A DNA stretch of 64,000 bases from Haliotis cracherodii. Its lineage: Eukaryota. Shown piece after piece: positions 1-13,769 of the stretch. The number at the start of each line of letters is the position of its first letter. The stretch's first letter is position 1. A model generated the notes under the pieces. That model saw only the letters and a program-made list of their open reading frames with translations. It was not told the DNA's origin and did no database searches. The stretch is from contig NW_027266343.1 of assembly GCF_022045235.1 (NCBI RefSeq), positions 18,786,001 through 18,850,000 of the forward strand. Direction: 5' to 3'. The position numbers and the translations under genes were made by a program.

Positions 1-452
1 TCTGCCGTCATTTCGAAACAAGTTAAACCGACTTTCATCAGTAAACTGCACTCGACGCCATTTAATCACTTGCCAGCGTCGAACCTGCCTCGCCCATCGC
101 AGTCTCAGGCGTCGATGTTGAGCAGTCAGTACCATTCCTCGGAAAGGACGATACGCTCGGATTCCAGCAGCACGAAGTCGTAGTACTGTACGTTGGCTAA
201 TGGCACCGGTGTCCCAAGGCTGTTTCTGCTGTCGCCGTCGCCGTCGCCGTTACGAATCTGTTTCACAGGTGAATGAGCCGTATCTGATCGTCTTCCAGTG
301 GTGTTGTCACTCGGGGTCGTCCGGTTCTAGGCCTGTCCTGTGTCCTCCCTGTCTGCCTGTACCGTTGAATCAGCCTGGCTACTGTCAATGGTGAACAACC
401 AAAACATTCTGGCAATTTGGACCTGTGTTGCCCCCATTTCGGCAATACCGAT

Positions 453-486
<34 letters not shown>

Positions 487-510
487 TCCTGTGACAGTCG
501 TGGCATTTTT
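1..510 (-). mobile_element. Tc1-like transposase relic (N-terminus to first catalytic D; runs off the window)
   Basis: MPRLSQEQRERAIG...RPRTGRPRVTT...RRLRAAGIRAYRP...FTDESRF; frameshifted, with a (GA)n expansion in the RERA codons. Confidence 0.85.
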
Positions 511-719
511 GTGTGTGCTTTTATCACGTGTGGTTATACCCTGCAGACCACAGGTCCACCCGTGCCTGCTATAAACAATAGTCCTATGTATCCTTAAGTA
601 GTGATGGGCACTAATGTGGCTTTATGCCATGAGAAAATCTTACTGTTTTTCTCAGATAGGTTTGCATTCATTTAACTTCAGTAGTTTCTGAGAGAACTTT
701 TCCCAATTTCAGAATGCAC

Positions 720-905
720 TAAGTTGAAGAGTCTTATCGGAGTTTGTGACCAGTACACATCAGTGTGTAAAATTTCATTTCTCTAAAATATTTTTGAGAA
801 AATGTGTCCCCATTTTGAAGCGGATGGACGGACGGACGGACGGACGGACGGACGGACGGAGGGACGAACTCCCTTCCAATATCCAGTTCGTGGCGGGGAT
901 AAGAA
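720..905 (+). mobile_element. Probable Helentron-associated (HINE/pearl-like) element end
   Basis: (GGAC)n tract followed by a short GC-rich imperfect hairpin ending gcggggataa. Confidence 0.4.
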
Positions 906-1059
906 CGCCAATAATATTCCATGACCATGTGTATTAGAGTAAATAGTAGTACTTACATCGTTTTCGTTTATGTTCAATAACCCAATCAGGGGGAAATGTC
1001 ATGGAAATGATTATCTTAAAGTTTTATTTTATTATTTATGGATGTGGTAGTTAGTTTGC

Positions 1060-1295
1060 TATTCATCCCAGGCCGCGTCTCACCAAAAGACATTACAAGA
1101 TGGTACTTGTTGTTACCCTGTCCGGCGCATAAAGGGGCTAAAACAAGAACTGGTCAGCTCGGAGTCAGTATACCGTGTCTGAGTGGGGTATTCACGATCA
1201 CGTTAAACTGCAGCATGGTATCTCAGTGAGCTGGCACTATATATCGGCATCAGTCCGGACTAGTACAATCACACACACACACACACACGCAGGCA

Positions 1296-1345
<50 letters not shown>

Positions 1346-1410
1346 CATGCACGTCGCTATATAAGTGCATTATAACGCGACGTTAAACCCCATTTCACCT
1401 TACCCCACCT
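1060..1410 (+). mobile_element. SINE family C (Meta-domain-like); other copies at ~25575-25980 (-) and ~47470-47690 (+)
   Basis: Shared aaaacaagaactggtcagctcggagtcagtatacc and tcagtgagctggcactat blocks; a tRNA-like head is visible in the other two copies. Confidence 0.7.
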
Positions 1411-1521
1411 AGTTTGCTAATCCCATGTTAAGAAACACACTTTGGCTATGCGCCCCAGACTATTGCATTCCCCGGCGGTCCAGGAGAGCTTGTTCTCTCC
1501 AAGGTCCGTGCACAAGTTTAT

Positions 1522-3010
1522 AGAAGAAGAAGAGAAGAAGAAAATTATTTTATTAAAGTGTCACATGCTGCAGTACTAAATATATGAACATATAAACATT
1601 TCATTAAAAAAACAGCAGTTGGCCTACGAGACACTAATTACATAATGATACATTTAAAATATATAAAAAAAGAAAGGAAAAATTAGTTGCAACTTTATAT
1701 ATTACTACACCCACACCCACACCCACACCCACACCCACACCCATACCGATACACCCACACACACATCCGCATTGAAATCCCGCTCAAAGCATTCAAACAG
1801 GTAAGCATACAAACAGGTAAGCATAAAGGACGCTCACAGCAATCTCATACAGGACACCCACAGCAGCCTCATACATAACACTCACAGCAATCTCATTCAG
1901 AACACTCACAACAATTTCACACAGAACACTCACAACAATCTCATTCAGAACACTCGCAGCAATCTCATACAAAACACTCACGGCAATCTCATACATGTCA
2001 TACATCTATACACATATGCGTCCATATACACACAACTTAATTCATCAATCGTGTATACTCACCTACATGTATAACCAGCATACATACTAACATACCAACC
2101 TACATACATACCTATATCCATCAAACATAAATCAATCCGTATTATACATACACAGGTCCATCCATACCTAAGTCCGTTCAAACACATCTCAATCCAAATA
2201 TACTAACACACATCCATACCTATATCCATTCAAACACACCTCAATCCAAATATACTAACACACATACAACCATACATCCATACCTTTATCCATCCATACA
2301 CATATCGATCCATATATACATACACACATACAACCATACAAGTGTCGTACTGAATACAGTATGAACATACATTAAATACAACAGATGATATAAATGAGAG
2401 GCACTGTGTACTAACGTACATAAACACACCCGCCTACACACCTACGTGCATATATAAGACAATGCATAACATTATGGATGGGATAAAAAGTAATTAAAAT
2501 AAAAGCTAACAGTTTATATAAAGTTTACGGCGCCTGTACATTCTGTAGACAAGGGAGGCTAGGGATTTACTTATACATGTAGTATTCATTAGATAACAGG
2601 TCTGTTGCAGTGGAGAAAAGGTTGGGAAGGAGGGCTCCAAGGAGGTAATATAATTCCATAAATCATATCTTAAATCAGAATAAAAGGTACATTCAGTTAG
2701 AAAGTGGATTTCATCTTCGATTGCTTTAGAGTCACACATTTTACATATCCTTTCTTCCAAGGGGACAGTCGGTCGTGAAAATCTACCGGTCTCTATTTCA
2801 AGAGGTAAAGTTCCTGTACGTATTTTGGCGAGTGTACTTCGATAAGATCGGTCCATTATAAGTTGAACATATGGTTGAGTGTTAAGCGAGCCCTTAAAGA
2901 GTCTATATGTTCTAAGTTTGTTACCGTTTATAAGCCCTCGATCGTTCCACAGCTGACGTAGCCAGTCGTGGTAATCATTGGATATAAGCCAAGTCTTTAT
3001 GTAGTCCATG
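1522..3010 (-). mobile_element. 5'-truncated CR1/L2-group LINE (ORF2 C-terminus plus long repeat-rich 3' UTR)
   Basis: ORF 2506-3009 has KLRTYRLFK, LPLEIETGRF, ERICKMC and IEDEIHFLTEC (CCHC); AATAAA and a (CTT)n tail at ~1522-1555. Confidence 0.8.
1830..2000. repeat. 24-bp minisatellite in the LINE 3' UTR
   Basis: Unit cactcacagcaatctcattcagaa. Confidence 0.85.
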
Positions 3011-3449
3011 TCAGGGGGTGTTATATATCTAAATATATCTAAAATAGGTAGTTGCCACGACTTGATAAGTGTAAAAACCTTATTAGTCCATGATTTACGA
3101 TAATTACGTGACCATAGATGGACTTTATATACCTGTGTCAGGATCTTGTGTCTTTACCACTAACCACCAGTTAAACGACCACTTGAAAATAAAATATACA
3201 TTTTTGATGTTCCAAGTAACGCCATTCAAGCAACGCTGTACTCGCTTCAGTTTAACAGAACACCATGTACGAGTAGATGTTGTGTAATCAGCCATGGTCA
3301 AGGTACATAATGACGGTCTGTGTAGTAAGATTAAACTTCCAATCCGCGTAACGGTAATTATATACTTTACTGCCTATGAGACTAGACGTTAACTGGACAC
3401 AAGACCAGGCGATGTCTTTCATTCAAGAAGCCATATAATACTAAGTTGT

Positions 3450-3680
3450 CCCGTGAAGATCCGGGTTAGTAGTGGTCTTCAGCAAACAATGCTTGTCGCC
3501 AGAGGCGACTAGCGAGATCGGGTGGTCAGGCTCGCTGACTTGGTTGGTGCATGTCATCGTATCCCAATTGCGTGGATTGATGTCATGATGTCAAACACTG
3601 GATTGTCAGGGCCAGATTCCATCATTTACAGACCGCCGGCCCATATCTGGAATTTGAACAAACAACAAACGAACAAACCA
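3450..3680 (+). mobile_element. SINE family B (V-domain-like, no tRNA head, (CAAA)n tail)
   Basis: cccgtgaagatccgg...gaggcgacta...gggtggtcaggctcgctgacttggttg; partial or rearranged copies at ~6897-7053, 7125-7260, 15896-16085, 37116-37320 and 56840-57050. Confidence 0.8.
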
Positions 3681-4814
3681 TAGTGGGAGAGTGATCTTTG
3701 AATCGTGTTTCAAATATATCACAGTGTCGTAGTGCAAGCCGTTAGCCCTTGCTGGCCACGTGTGTTAGAGTCACCACAACCACACTCCTATTTCCCTCAA
3801 TGACCTAATATAATCTAGAAGACTAACAACGCATTCTCCTTCACGTCAACGCGACATTGCTCATGAATGTATTACAACAGCTGACAAAGACATCAAATCT
3901 GGACCCAAATTACCAAAGTGGTCAAGTAGGCGTGGTACCCACTCCAAAAACCCAAACTTGACAAACATAATCCCACGCAAAAGTCAATCAGTATTCACAA
4001 ACCGGGTCAATGGGCAGCCTACCGTCTCAAAATCACTTCCACGACTGAGCATAAAAAATAATCATCCTTTCTGTGTTCCCGGAAAGCCCAATAGCAAACA
4101 TAAAATGCATTGTTCATAATATGGGAAACCTAACCACGCTTACAGTAAATTAATAGTGCAACCAAACACTCGTATCCCAGTGTACGGAATACACACGTGT
4201 GGGTCGACAAGCTGATAATCAAAGGGATTTCATCCATTTGACCTACACCAAGGCCGAGTTCCAATCAATGAAGGGTAAATACTACCCTGTCTCCTCAATC
4301 AATAATCAACAAATATCATAGTAAAGGTTAACACAGCAAACTAAACCTAAAAAGTAGGATGGTTCTGTCTTCTAGACACATTTTGCACAGTGGGCCTTCC
4401 TGTGTCCTCTCCTCATAAATAAACCACGGGGGTGTAACAATTAAAATCTGTATTCATAATCTTAGTATGTACACGATCAGTGATAGATTAGTATTTGTCT
4501 GTTCCAAGCTATTTTGTTAATAGTGAATGTTCTCCTCTAATTTGACTTAGTTCGACACACTTTGTCAAACGCGGACATTACTCTGCAAGAGGACTCATGT
4601 CAAGTTGCGGCCCTCTGTACAATACATGTCAAATCTGGGCTCGGATCAATTGTATTTCATTGAAATCTCCTGGGCTGACTTCAATCAAGTGTCAGGAGAC
4701 ACCATTTCCAATCGACGTGACCTTTCGAAAATAATTTCTCTTGGTAGGGCAACTGGTCAATTCAAATTGTGAGCAAGATAATTTCATGAAATGTGTAGAA
4801 GCTTATAGGTTAGG

Positions 4815-5140
4815 TACGGAAGCGTAGTAGGGCCACGGTGACATTTGTTTTTGTCTAAGTATCTCCTACGTGGGGCTTATTATCTTCTACGTAGAACTTA
4901 GTATCTCCTACGTAGGACTTACTGTCTCCTACGAAGGACTTACTATCTCCTACGTAGGACTTACTATCTCCTACGTAGGACTTACTATCTCCTACGCAGG
5001 ACTAATTCCTGCGTAGAAGATAGTGATTCTAGGCCATACTAAGTCCTACGGAGGAGATACTAAGTCCTACGTAGGAGATACTAATTCCTACATAGGAGAT
5101 AATCCTCAAAAATTCACCGTGGCCCTACAAGGCTTCCGTA
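4815..5140. mobile_element. MITE with ~27-bp TIRs and internal inverted 21-bp tandem arrays
   Basis: TACGGAAGCGTAGTAGGGCCACGGTGA / TCACCGTGGCCCTACAAGGCTTCCGTA; the unit tactatctcctacgtaggact occurs in both orientations. Confidence 0.75.
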
Positions 5141-5236
5141 TTTAGGGTTAAATGCAAAACCTTTCATTTAGACATGTACCAAATACGTTTCCCGTACATT
5201 AGCAACTGGAACTTCTACCACCCCCTTTTTAATATA

Positions 5237-6591
5237 CACTCTTCAAAAAAGAAACGCACAGGTAGATTTTTAGTAAATTTATTGTACCCAATAAAGTTGA
5301 TATATTTAATGTAATTTCATATGTACAAGTATGAAATTTTGGAGCTCGATAGTCACATAATGCCGTTGTACAACGGCATTGAAAACTGTTCATTGTCATA
5401 TCACATAAGGCCACAAGGTGGCGCTTAACTCGGTATCTCGTGTGACCGCCCCGGGCAGCAATCACGGCTCTGCATCTCCTCGGCACTGACTGGATAAGTG
5501 TACGAATTCTGTCCTGCGACATTCTGAGCCATTCTGCTTGCAACGCGTTGGCCGGTTGTGGGAGTGTCTGCGGCGTGTTGACGTGGAGGTACACGTCGAT
5601 CGAGTTCATCCCTGAGGTGTTCGATTGGGTTGAGATCTGGAGTTCTCGACGGCCAGGGCAGGGGGTTGATGTTGGTATTACGAATGGTAGTCTACCGTGA
5701 CACGAGCTGTGTGTGGTGGAGCGTTGTCCTGCTGAAACAGCTCCCTCTGGTCGTCAATGATTGGAAGAAAGTGAGGTTGAAGAATTTGATTCATGTAGCG
5801 ATTTTCTGTCAAACACACCATGACACTATCACCACCGAATTTGTCGAATTCAGGTACACAATGTGTGGCAAAATGCCCATACATGTTGTCTTCCATCTCA
5901 CCAGTGAAGAAATCGTTATTCATCGCTAAAACCACACCGGCTGTAAGGTATGGCACCAACGCAAGCGTCGCTGTCGATTGATCTGTTGCAAAACAGGGAC
6001 GATAAGTGGTCGTCTGGGTCGGATTCCAGCCTCGCGAAGATGGTTCCTGACAGTCTGGTCCAATGTCCGCCTAACACCAGGGATGCGTCCCACAGTCTCC
6101 GTAGCTGTGGCATTGTGATGACGTAGGTGGAACAGTCGATGTAGCGATCCTGTGCAGGGGTGGTAATTCTTGGTCGGCCGGTTCTCGGACGGTCTGCAGT
6201 AGAATTGAACTGTGTGTATCGGTCACAAAGGCGGCGAATGGCGATGTGGTGTGGCATGCAACAGAAGACTGCGATACCCCTCTTTCTTCCGATCGGCAGC
6301 GTTGAGTCTCGGCATTTTTGAACTTGAAACATGATGGCAATTGAATGACAAATTAATGGCTTATGCTTGAAGTTGCCTTTTATTAGCCACAACCACGAGT
6401 TACGAACGCCATAACTTGCACGTGCATTTTGCTTTACTGTTTTCCTCCATGACATTTTTGAACAAGTTTTGACGCACCGTTTGTCGAAAATCAGGCCACC
6501 AACATTTTCCAATAACATATATCCAATTTATACACACCGGATATCAGTGAACTACATACTACCTGTGCGTATCTCTTTTGTTTGAAGACTG
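5237..6591 (-). mobile_element. Tc1-like DNA transposon, internally deleted, both TIRs present
   Basis: TIRs CACTCTTCAAAAAAGAAACGCACAGGT / its imperfect inverse, both flanked by TA; DRPRTGRPRITT, FQQDNAPPH, WPSRTPDLNPIEH and RGGHTRY. Confidence 0.88.
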
Positions 6592-7719
6592 TATACCACA
6601 ATTTATTACTCGCCCTTGAAGAGATCACCCGTTTAATATTAAAAAGCTCGTATTACACATTATGTTAAAGTATTAAAGTTACAATCACCTTTCCGCTACG
6701 ATAGCTTTGTGGAACAGACCCCTGAATTCTAAAGGTGGGCCGTTGTATTGTATTGAATTAAACGTTACAATTGTTTACGTATAATGGATAATGCTGTGGA
6801 TCGCATAGATGTCTGCCTATTCAAACACGAAACACAAGACAGTGAATGTTAAAAAAAGGTTAGAGAGAGAGAAAGAGAGTGAGAGAGAGAGAGAGTTTGT
6901 TTGTTTGTTGTTTAACGCCGCACTCAGCAATATTTCTGCTATATGACGGCGGTATGTAAGTAATCGAGTCTGGACCAGACGATCCAGTGATTGACAACAT
7001 GAGCATCGATCCACGCAATTGGGATCGATGACATGCATCAACCAAGTCAGCGAGAGAGAGAGGTACACAAATACTATTTCCAAGCTACTTTTCCCTTTTC
7101 GGAGGAGGTGACATTAGATGCATCGTTTGTTTGTAGCGTCGCATTCAGTAATATCCATTTAATATAACGGCGGCCTGTCTGGGCCAGACAATCTAGTGAT
7201 TGATATTGTGAGCCACGATCCACAATCCACGATCGCAATGACACGCAACCAACCAGATCATGACATATTCTAACGGGCGAAGTGTTTTGTGGTTGATGGA
7301 AATATTTTGATATGGAAAGACACGTCAACACAAGGATTAACTCATGTTAATAAATATCGCTGTGTGGACATTGGGGTTTGTTCTTCAATAACAATTGACG
7401 ACATTGCAACATTTTATGCTTTATTCATAAACAACACGGATAACGAACAATTACATATACATTTGTTCTCAAATGAGATCAATACCATATTATCAACCAA
7501 GTCACTGAGCCTGGAGTATTGCTGAATGCGGCGTTATACAACAAACAAACCAACCAATCAAACAGTCCTAGTAACGAAAGCAATCCACATTTGGAGCTAT
7601 TCTTGTGAGGAAGTATTTCCGATCATGGAAAAATTATAGCAAATTTTTCCATCGAAATTACCAGGAAACACTGATAATCGGCCAAGATAAAGTGTGAGTG
7701 ACACTGTTCCTGTGTATAA

Positions 7720-9150
7720 ATGACGAGAAGCGAAGAACAATGCAACCAGCTAACTGAATTGGATGTCACGACAGAAACAACACAGATGGACAAAACTAAT
7801 GATTAATCTTAAAGATAAAAAAGGAAAAAGTGCAAAAGAATTATTCAAAGGGAAATGCTCGTGCACAATTCATGTTTTGGTACATTCTGTTTACGAGAAA
7901 GCTCGAAAAATAAAATTAGTTCTCTTGATATGATGGATATTTTCAAAACTTTATCAGTATCAGTGACCGTTGTGACTGATTAAGTCAGGTGGATGTCGTA
8001 ATATTGACATGGACAACAATTCCTGTTACCATTACGACAATAGTGATAAATAAGATTGATTCATTCCTTCGCTATCTTGCAATTGAGCGATTCAGCTTAC
8101 GGGGTTTTACCGTACATACAAATGTATTTGCACTTTATTACCCAAGTGGTGAAGATAAAGGTGGTAAGATACTAAATCCGTACGCCACAAGTGTGTCGTA
8201 CAAGGTTGACCTTGTTTTATTTGTTTTGATTGGATAACCGTGACCTCTGTTTCACCGGGACTACTTTTTTCATTCATAAACACCTTGTTCATTTAGCAAC
8301 TACTAGGCTGGCCTGAAGCAATCTCACGAGTGCGAGATATATTTACAAACACTTTGTTAAAGCAAACAAGATAGTCACACGCATCAAATTCGGTTTGCAC
8401 TCTATATAAGTTATGCATTGAGCTTCTACAGACATTTTATAATCGAGCTATATCCATTTACAATGTACGACTACCGATCAATAGATCGATGGCCTCCAGG
8501 AGAGAGACGCACCCGACCACTTTCGCAACTTTCAATTTGATTTAACGTATAAGTATAGGAATGATCCGGTTGTGCCATCAGTGTCCCTTTCGAAGCGTAT
8601 TTTGTAGCACCTTTGTTTGTTCACGACTGCACAACCAGATCACTCAAAGTATTTCCGATACAAATCATTCGAAAACTCCGTAAAAGTTTGCCTGATTTCA
8701 GCTTATGTGGACCAAAATATGCCAATGTGAACAATAACATTCCCTATCTCTTGCGTAAAACGCTGTGAGAAGATCACGTTTGTCTCTTCCAAAAAATGGT
8801 ACGGACATGATATAAATTCAGCTGATAGACCAAGGAAACCGAACCATTTTGAATGCACAGACGGGACCCCCCGACGGTTTGTCCGACATTCAAAGCGGCG
8901 CTAATGTGTCTTTTAAATTTTCATATTGGTGTCCTGCGTACTAACAATATGGCGCTTGAATTACCATAAGTTGAAGAAATCTTTCTAAAAAGATCTTGAG
9001 CGTCGGTGCTGTTATGTTTGCAAACACAACTGCAGGCGCATGTTGTTAATGCATATGCATAGAAATGTCAACAATGCCCATATTTGGGCACATCAAAATT
9101 CACCCGCAACCAGCAATCGGTTTCAGTTTGGTCTGCCAATGAACGAAAGT
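7720..9150 (+). pseudogene. Decayed cGLR/Mab-21-like gene (weak)
   Basis: SQVDVVIL (~7990), SYKVDLVLF (~8205), LGWPEAI (~8310) and GHIKIHP (~9095) occur in the expected order; highly eroded. Confidence 0.33.
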
Positions 9151-9449
9151 TGTTATGTATTTACACTTAGATACATTTCTAACATGGATAATAAATAAAA
9201 TACCACACTCACTCTTGTTACATACCATTCTACGAAACAAGTGGACTTTCTATGGTATCTGACCGAGCGAAAGGTTTAACCTAAATATAAATAGTTGACA
9301 CCACAACGACCTTTTAAATACAATGCAATGTAGCCTTCTGTTGAGAAGCTTGCAACTCATCTGAGAGATTTATCAACCTTTGCTTTTCGTAGGAGAGGGA
9401 TAAACATTATTATTATTATTATTATTATTATCATTATTATTATTATTAT

Positions 9450-10480
9450 TCCTAAGGATTCGAACGTTTCATGTTGTGTATAGGAATGTTTTACCAGTTC
9501 ACATTGTCAATCCATTAACATAATAAGATTTGTTTTCCTTTCATCCTGTAATTGGTTCAGAAAGTTGAATGTGATTTTTGTATCTTTCGAATGTATCTGT
9601 TAGATCAAATGAAAACCATCATTATGAATTAATTATCACCTGAATATAATGGTTTGTTAAAATAATTTCTTGAAACGTCAGTAACAACCACATGAACGAC
9701 TACCATTCACTGACACTAAATCTGCAATTAGACAACATATAAAAGATCAATGACAGCATAACTGGAATAAACAGGTGGCCCTTGAGATTCGTGGCATTAA
9801 ACCGTAACTACATCATTGTGAATGTTCTCGACCAGCTCGTCATGAAGAAGTCCTGCGGCGATGCCGTATTGAATACAGTTTATAACACACATTCATTTAT
9901 ATCGAGAGGATCCACCTGAATACATGTATCCCTTGAAATACTCCAATTACTATCAAGCACATTTTGCTGAGTGTGATACTGCCTTTATACCTTCGTGCCT
10001 TATCTGGCCTTTTTGAAACAGTTTCTAACAACCTAATTCAACATATTTGATAAGAAATCAATCTGTGTGATAAAATGTAGATCTTAATTTATCAGTTAAT
10101 TACCTTTGGATGGGATATTTGACTGAGATTGTAGTGACCCTTCTCGCCGCCAATATCTGCAAGATTGTTGATGCAGAGCTAAGCAATAATAATCCACTCA
10201 ATCACTCAAAACCATATAAGCAGCCGCAAAGTTTTTATATACGTTTCTGTTCCTTTACACATTAACTTATCAATAATGTATGACATTTCAAGACGCGCGT
10301 TGGAAAAGAGGTTTCTCTCGTTTTGCCAAGTTTTTGCCAAGTGAAACTCTCTCTGAATCGACGATTGTTTGAAGGTCAAATACTTGGCACGGATTTCACT
10401 ATGGATTCTCAAAAACTCTTCTGTGAAAACTAGAGACAGATATATCACTAGACCCAATATCAGCAGCCTGTTTACATAAA
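9450..10480 (-). pseudogene. C-terminal half of a decayed cGLR/Mab-21-like gene
   Basis: RNLFS...IIDKLMCKG (ORF 10206-10487), then YAVIDLLYVV*LQI*C (~9740), ITFNFLNQLQ (~9560) and VRILRNN (~9455), resembling the C-terminal helical/TPR-like tail of mollusc Mab-21 proteins. Confidence 0.42.
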
Positions 10481-10482
10481 AC

Positions 10483-10983
10483 GTCAACGCCAGAGTGAGG
10501 GACTTGGTGAGTTATTACAATACCTTGTCAACGTCAGAGTGAGGGACTGAGTGAGTTAATACAATAACTTGTCAACGCCAGAGTGAGGGACTGAGTGAGT
10601 TAATACAATAACTTGTCAACGCCAGAGTGAGGGACTGAGTGAGTTAATACAATACCTTGTCAACGTCAGAGTGAGGGACTGAGCGAGTTAATACAATACC
10701 TTATCAACGCCAGAGTGAGGGACTTGGTGAGTTATTACAATACCTTGTCAACGTCAGAGTGAGGGACTGAGCGAGTTAATACAATACCTTATCAACGCCA
10801 GAGTGAGGGACTTGGTGAGTTAATACAATACCTTGTCAACGCCAGAGTGAGGGACTGAGTGAGTTAATACAATACCTTGTCAACGCCAGAGTGAGGGACT
10901 GAGTGAGTTAATACAATACAATACCTTGCCAGAGTGAGGGACTGAGTGAGTTAATAAAATAAAATACCTTGTCAACGCCAGAC
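10483..10983. repeat. 44-bp minisatellite, ~11 units
   Basis: Unit gtcaacgccagagtgagggactgagtgagttaatacaatacctt; unit starts at 10483, 10527, 10571, etc. Confidence 0.95.
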
Positions 10984-11855
10984 TTTTCTTCTTAAAAACG
11001 AACCCCCAATGCGCTGGTGCTTGTCTTTGCAAGAATTGGATTCAGACATCAAGCATATCAAAGGCAAAGACAACGTTACTGCTGATGCATTGTACCGAGT
11101 TGGTGGGGAGTGATCACTTCTGACTGCAAATATGATTTCCATTCTTGTAAACACTTCTCATAATTATCACGTATATTGTTTAATGTCTAGTAGTTTTTGT
11201 ACTTTTATTTGCAAAAAAAGTTCTCCGAAGGAGGTGAGTGTTTTATAGAAGTGTTATAAACAATTATTGCATTGTTTCTGTTGAGGTTTCAGTAGAAGTT
11301 TATTTCAAAGGTTTTTTTTTAAAATGATTAGTTGTCAGCAATGTGCTACTATTTAATGTACACTTTTGTGGAGAAGTTATTAAGATGCTCAAATTATCTG
11401 TAAACTTTCGAAATAGCATGAATGGGTGTCAAACGTTACAGAAACATGTGGAATATTCTGTTATGTTCTGGTGACACTGAACTTGTCTGGCATTGTGTAA
11501 AAAGTTTTGGAAAGTGGTTAGACTATTTAATTGAAGCTTGTGCGTCCCTGTATCATCTCATGTTTCATCTGACATTACATCAAGACCAGCTTTTGTGTGA
11601 AGATTACTTTCCAGCCTGGTGTTCAGCCTCGGCCCGTCTCGAAAGCTTTACCACTGTTGCGGCGAGGTGATTATTATTCTTGTCATTGTCATGTCGACTG
11701 CTCTCACATTTTATACTGCCATTGAATTTCGTACTACGACTCTATTGTGTTCTGCCATTGTAATTGTTATGCAGTAATTTGTATTGACTTGTAAACGTAG
11801 TTAATTTTGAAATACAATTAACATTTTGTTTCAGTTTGGGAATTGACACGTAACA
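10982..11855 (+). mobile_element. 3' end of a Ty3/Gypsy LTR retrotransposon (RNase H terminus, PPT-like tract, 3' LTR); Gmr1-like layout
   Basis: MRWCLSLQELDSDIKHIKGKDNVTADALYRVGGE* (11009-11113); purine-rich gaaggaggtgag at ~11227-11238, followed by a ~615-bp TG...gtaaCA segment ending at 11855. Confidence 0.7.
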
Positions 11856-12480
11856 ATACCATCTCATACATCTGAAACATATATATTTCAGCAACCTCTA
11901 AATGTTGACACATCACTGCAGAACAAAAGGTCTTATGAGTCATTGACCACACTTCTTGGTTTGTGAATACAAGAGGGAGATGTGCTTTTTGATCAATACA
12001 GCTGTAAATTGCAGCTTATTTGTTATTTGCTCCCAGAAGATAAAACACCTTTGGTGACCTTTGTTCTTGATGATATTTTGCCTGCTTATATTCACACACT
12101 ATATCAATGAAAATATGTTATATCCTATAAGTTCTTCGCGGGCCAGACAAATCCATAAAAAAGAGCCCCTTCGCCTGCCGCAGGAGACAAAACAAATGGC
12201 TCGTTACCTGGTTTTGACGTCAAATTCCTTGAGAAGCTTCTGGCGCAATAAGTTAATAGGGGCTATTAAATTTACAGACGTATGGGGACGCTATACTCAT
12301 GCAAGAAAGACATTAAGCTTCTGACATATGGCCCCCATGTCTCGTGTAGACTCCTTAACGTGAATGCACTTATGTGTCTGTCTTAAGATACCGAGAACGA
12401 TGTAGTGCGTCAATGAAAGTGACGACTGTGCTGTGGAGTATGATAATTTGATGCCTCAGTACAATTACATTGTTAAGCTC
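11856..12480 (+). pseudogene. Internal fragment of the same cGLR-like family
   Basis: Clear nucleotide homology to the reverse complement of ~22090-22745 (atctcatacatctg, gagatgtgcttttt, ccttgagaagctt, caagaaagacatta, gtcttaagatacc); encodes LRSFWRNKLIGAI. Confidence 0.4.
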
Positions 12481-13769
12481 CAAAACCTTTTATACGTGGA
12501 CATCGTTGATATGTTAAAAAATACCTTCCGACAGTAATCTTTACATCGTTAATAAGGCAAATAGGACCCGTAAAGCCACAAAGAAAGGATGAGGTGGAAG
12601 GTGGCAGATGATAGCAGGCGGTGGTTGTGCTACCCTAGAAGGCTGGTGGGCATCATCAACTTAAGGGATGAGATACCCCCACACACACTCACACACACCC
12701 CCACTCCCACTCCCACCCCCCAGTGCAGTTTAAGATGCAAATTTGAGGACAAATGAGAAATTCCTGAAACAAAGGAATGTTATTAAAATAAGAATTCATT
12801 GTATTTCCGTTCACATGTTTAATGTGATGGGTAATATGAACGTAATATATATAGTAAACACTAGTAAAAACATACCAAATTCGTTACTTTACATGCTTCT
12901 TTTGTGTAGGTGTGCCGCTGCTTGGCGTGTCTTTATCAGAATGTACACTCTACTATACAGATACCTATTGCTATACCTCTTAATTTTGGTGAAATATTCA
13001 TGGAAACGCATGGATTTGAGTGTGGTTTGTTGAGTGAGTGAGTTAAAATTTAACGTCGCGTCGGCATTATTTCTGCCATATAGCGACGGGAACAAGTTCA
13101 TATATACACAAGTGGGTCATGAATACAAAGTTTTATTAAGAAAACATTTTATCAAACACATTTGGGCATAACAATGTCATTTATACAGTTTAAAACACAG
13201 GCAAAAGGCCACCAGTAACCTCGCTGGGAATCACGGGGGCTTACGGTACCTCAGCTTCGTGCACAGCAATGAGTGTTCTTAAAACACTGGTTGATGATAG
13301 TTACATCGATTATGATAGGAATTATTTTACGGTACTTTAACCTCCTGGGCAGAGCCTTCAAAAATGTCAGTGGTAAAATCATCACACCTAACTTTAAAAA
13401 CAAGCAATTATTTTTTCACATCCATATTTAAAATGTATTATTCAGGACAATTTCTTTCAAGTAACTTTAGATGAGATGCCCGCTTACACGGGAAAAGATA
13501 TCTTGGTAAACCGACTATGGCCAATACGAAATCCTCGTGAGCATAAGCCATGAACACCGGTATATGGTGCTGACAAACATAGGAACATAATCGAATTCGA
13601 TCCACGATCACCGCTACAGGTTTCAGGTAAGCCTAAGCGACGCAACTCTGCAAAGCGAATCGAGACGACTAGGCCGTGTCCGTATTCTTTAAACATAAGG
13701 TGTAATTCAGTTTCAAATTTATTGACCTCGATGTTTATTTCGAATGGACATACCTTGGTCAACACACCA

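Noticed and set aside
3763-4439. Solo LTR (TGTTA...TAACA)
   Set aside because: No TSD and no second copy; plausible but unsupported.
10483-10983. CRISPR array
   Set aside because: Units are contiguous with no unique spacers, there are no cas genes, and the context is eukaryotic.
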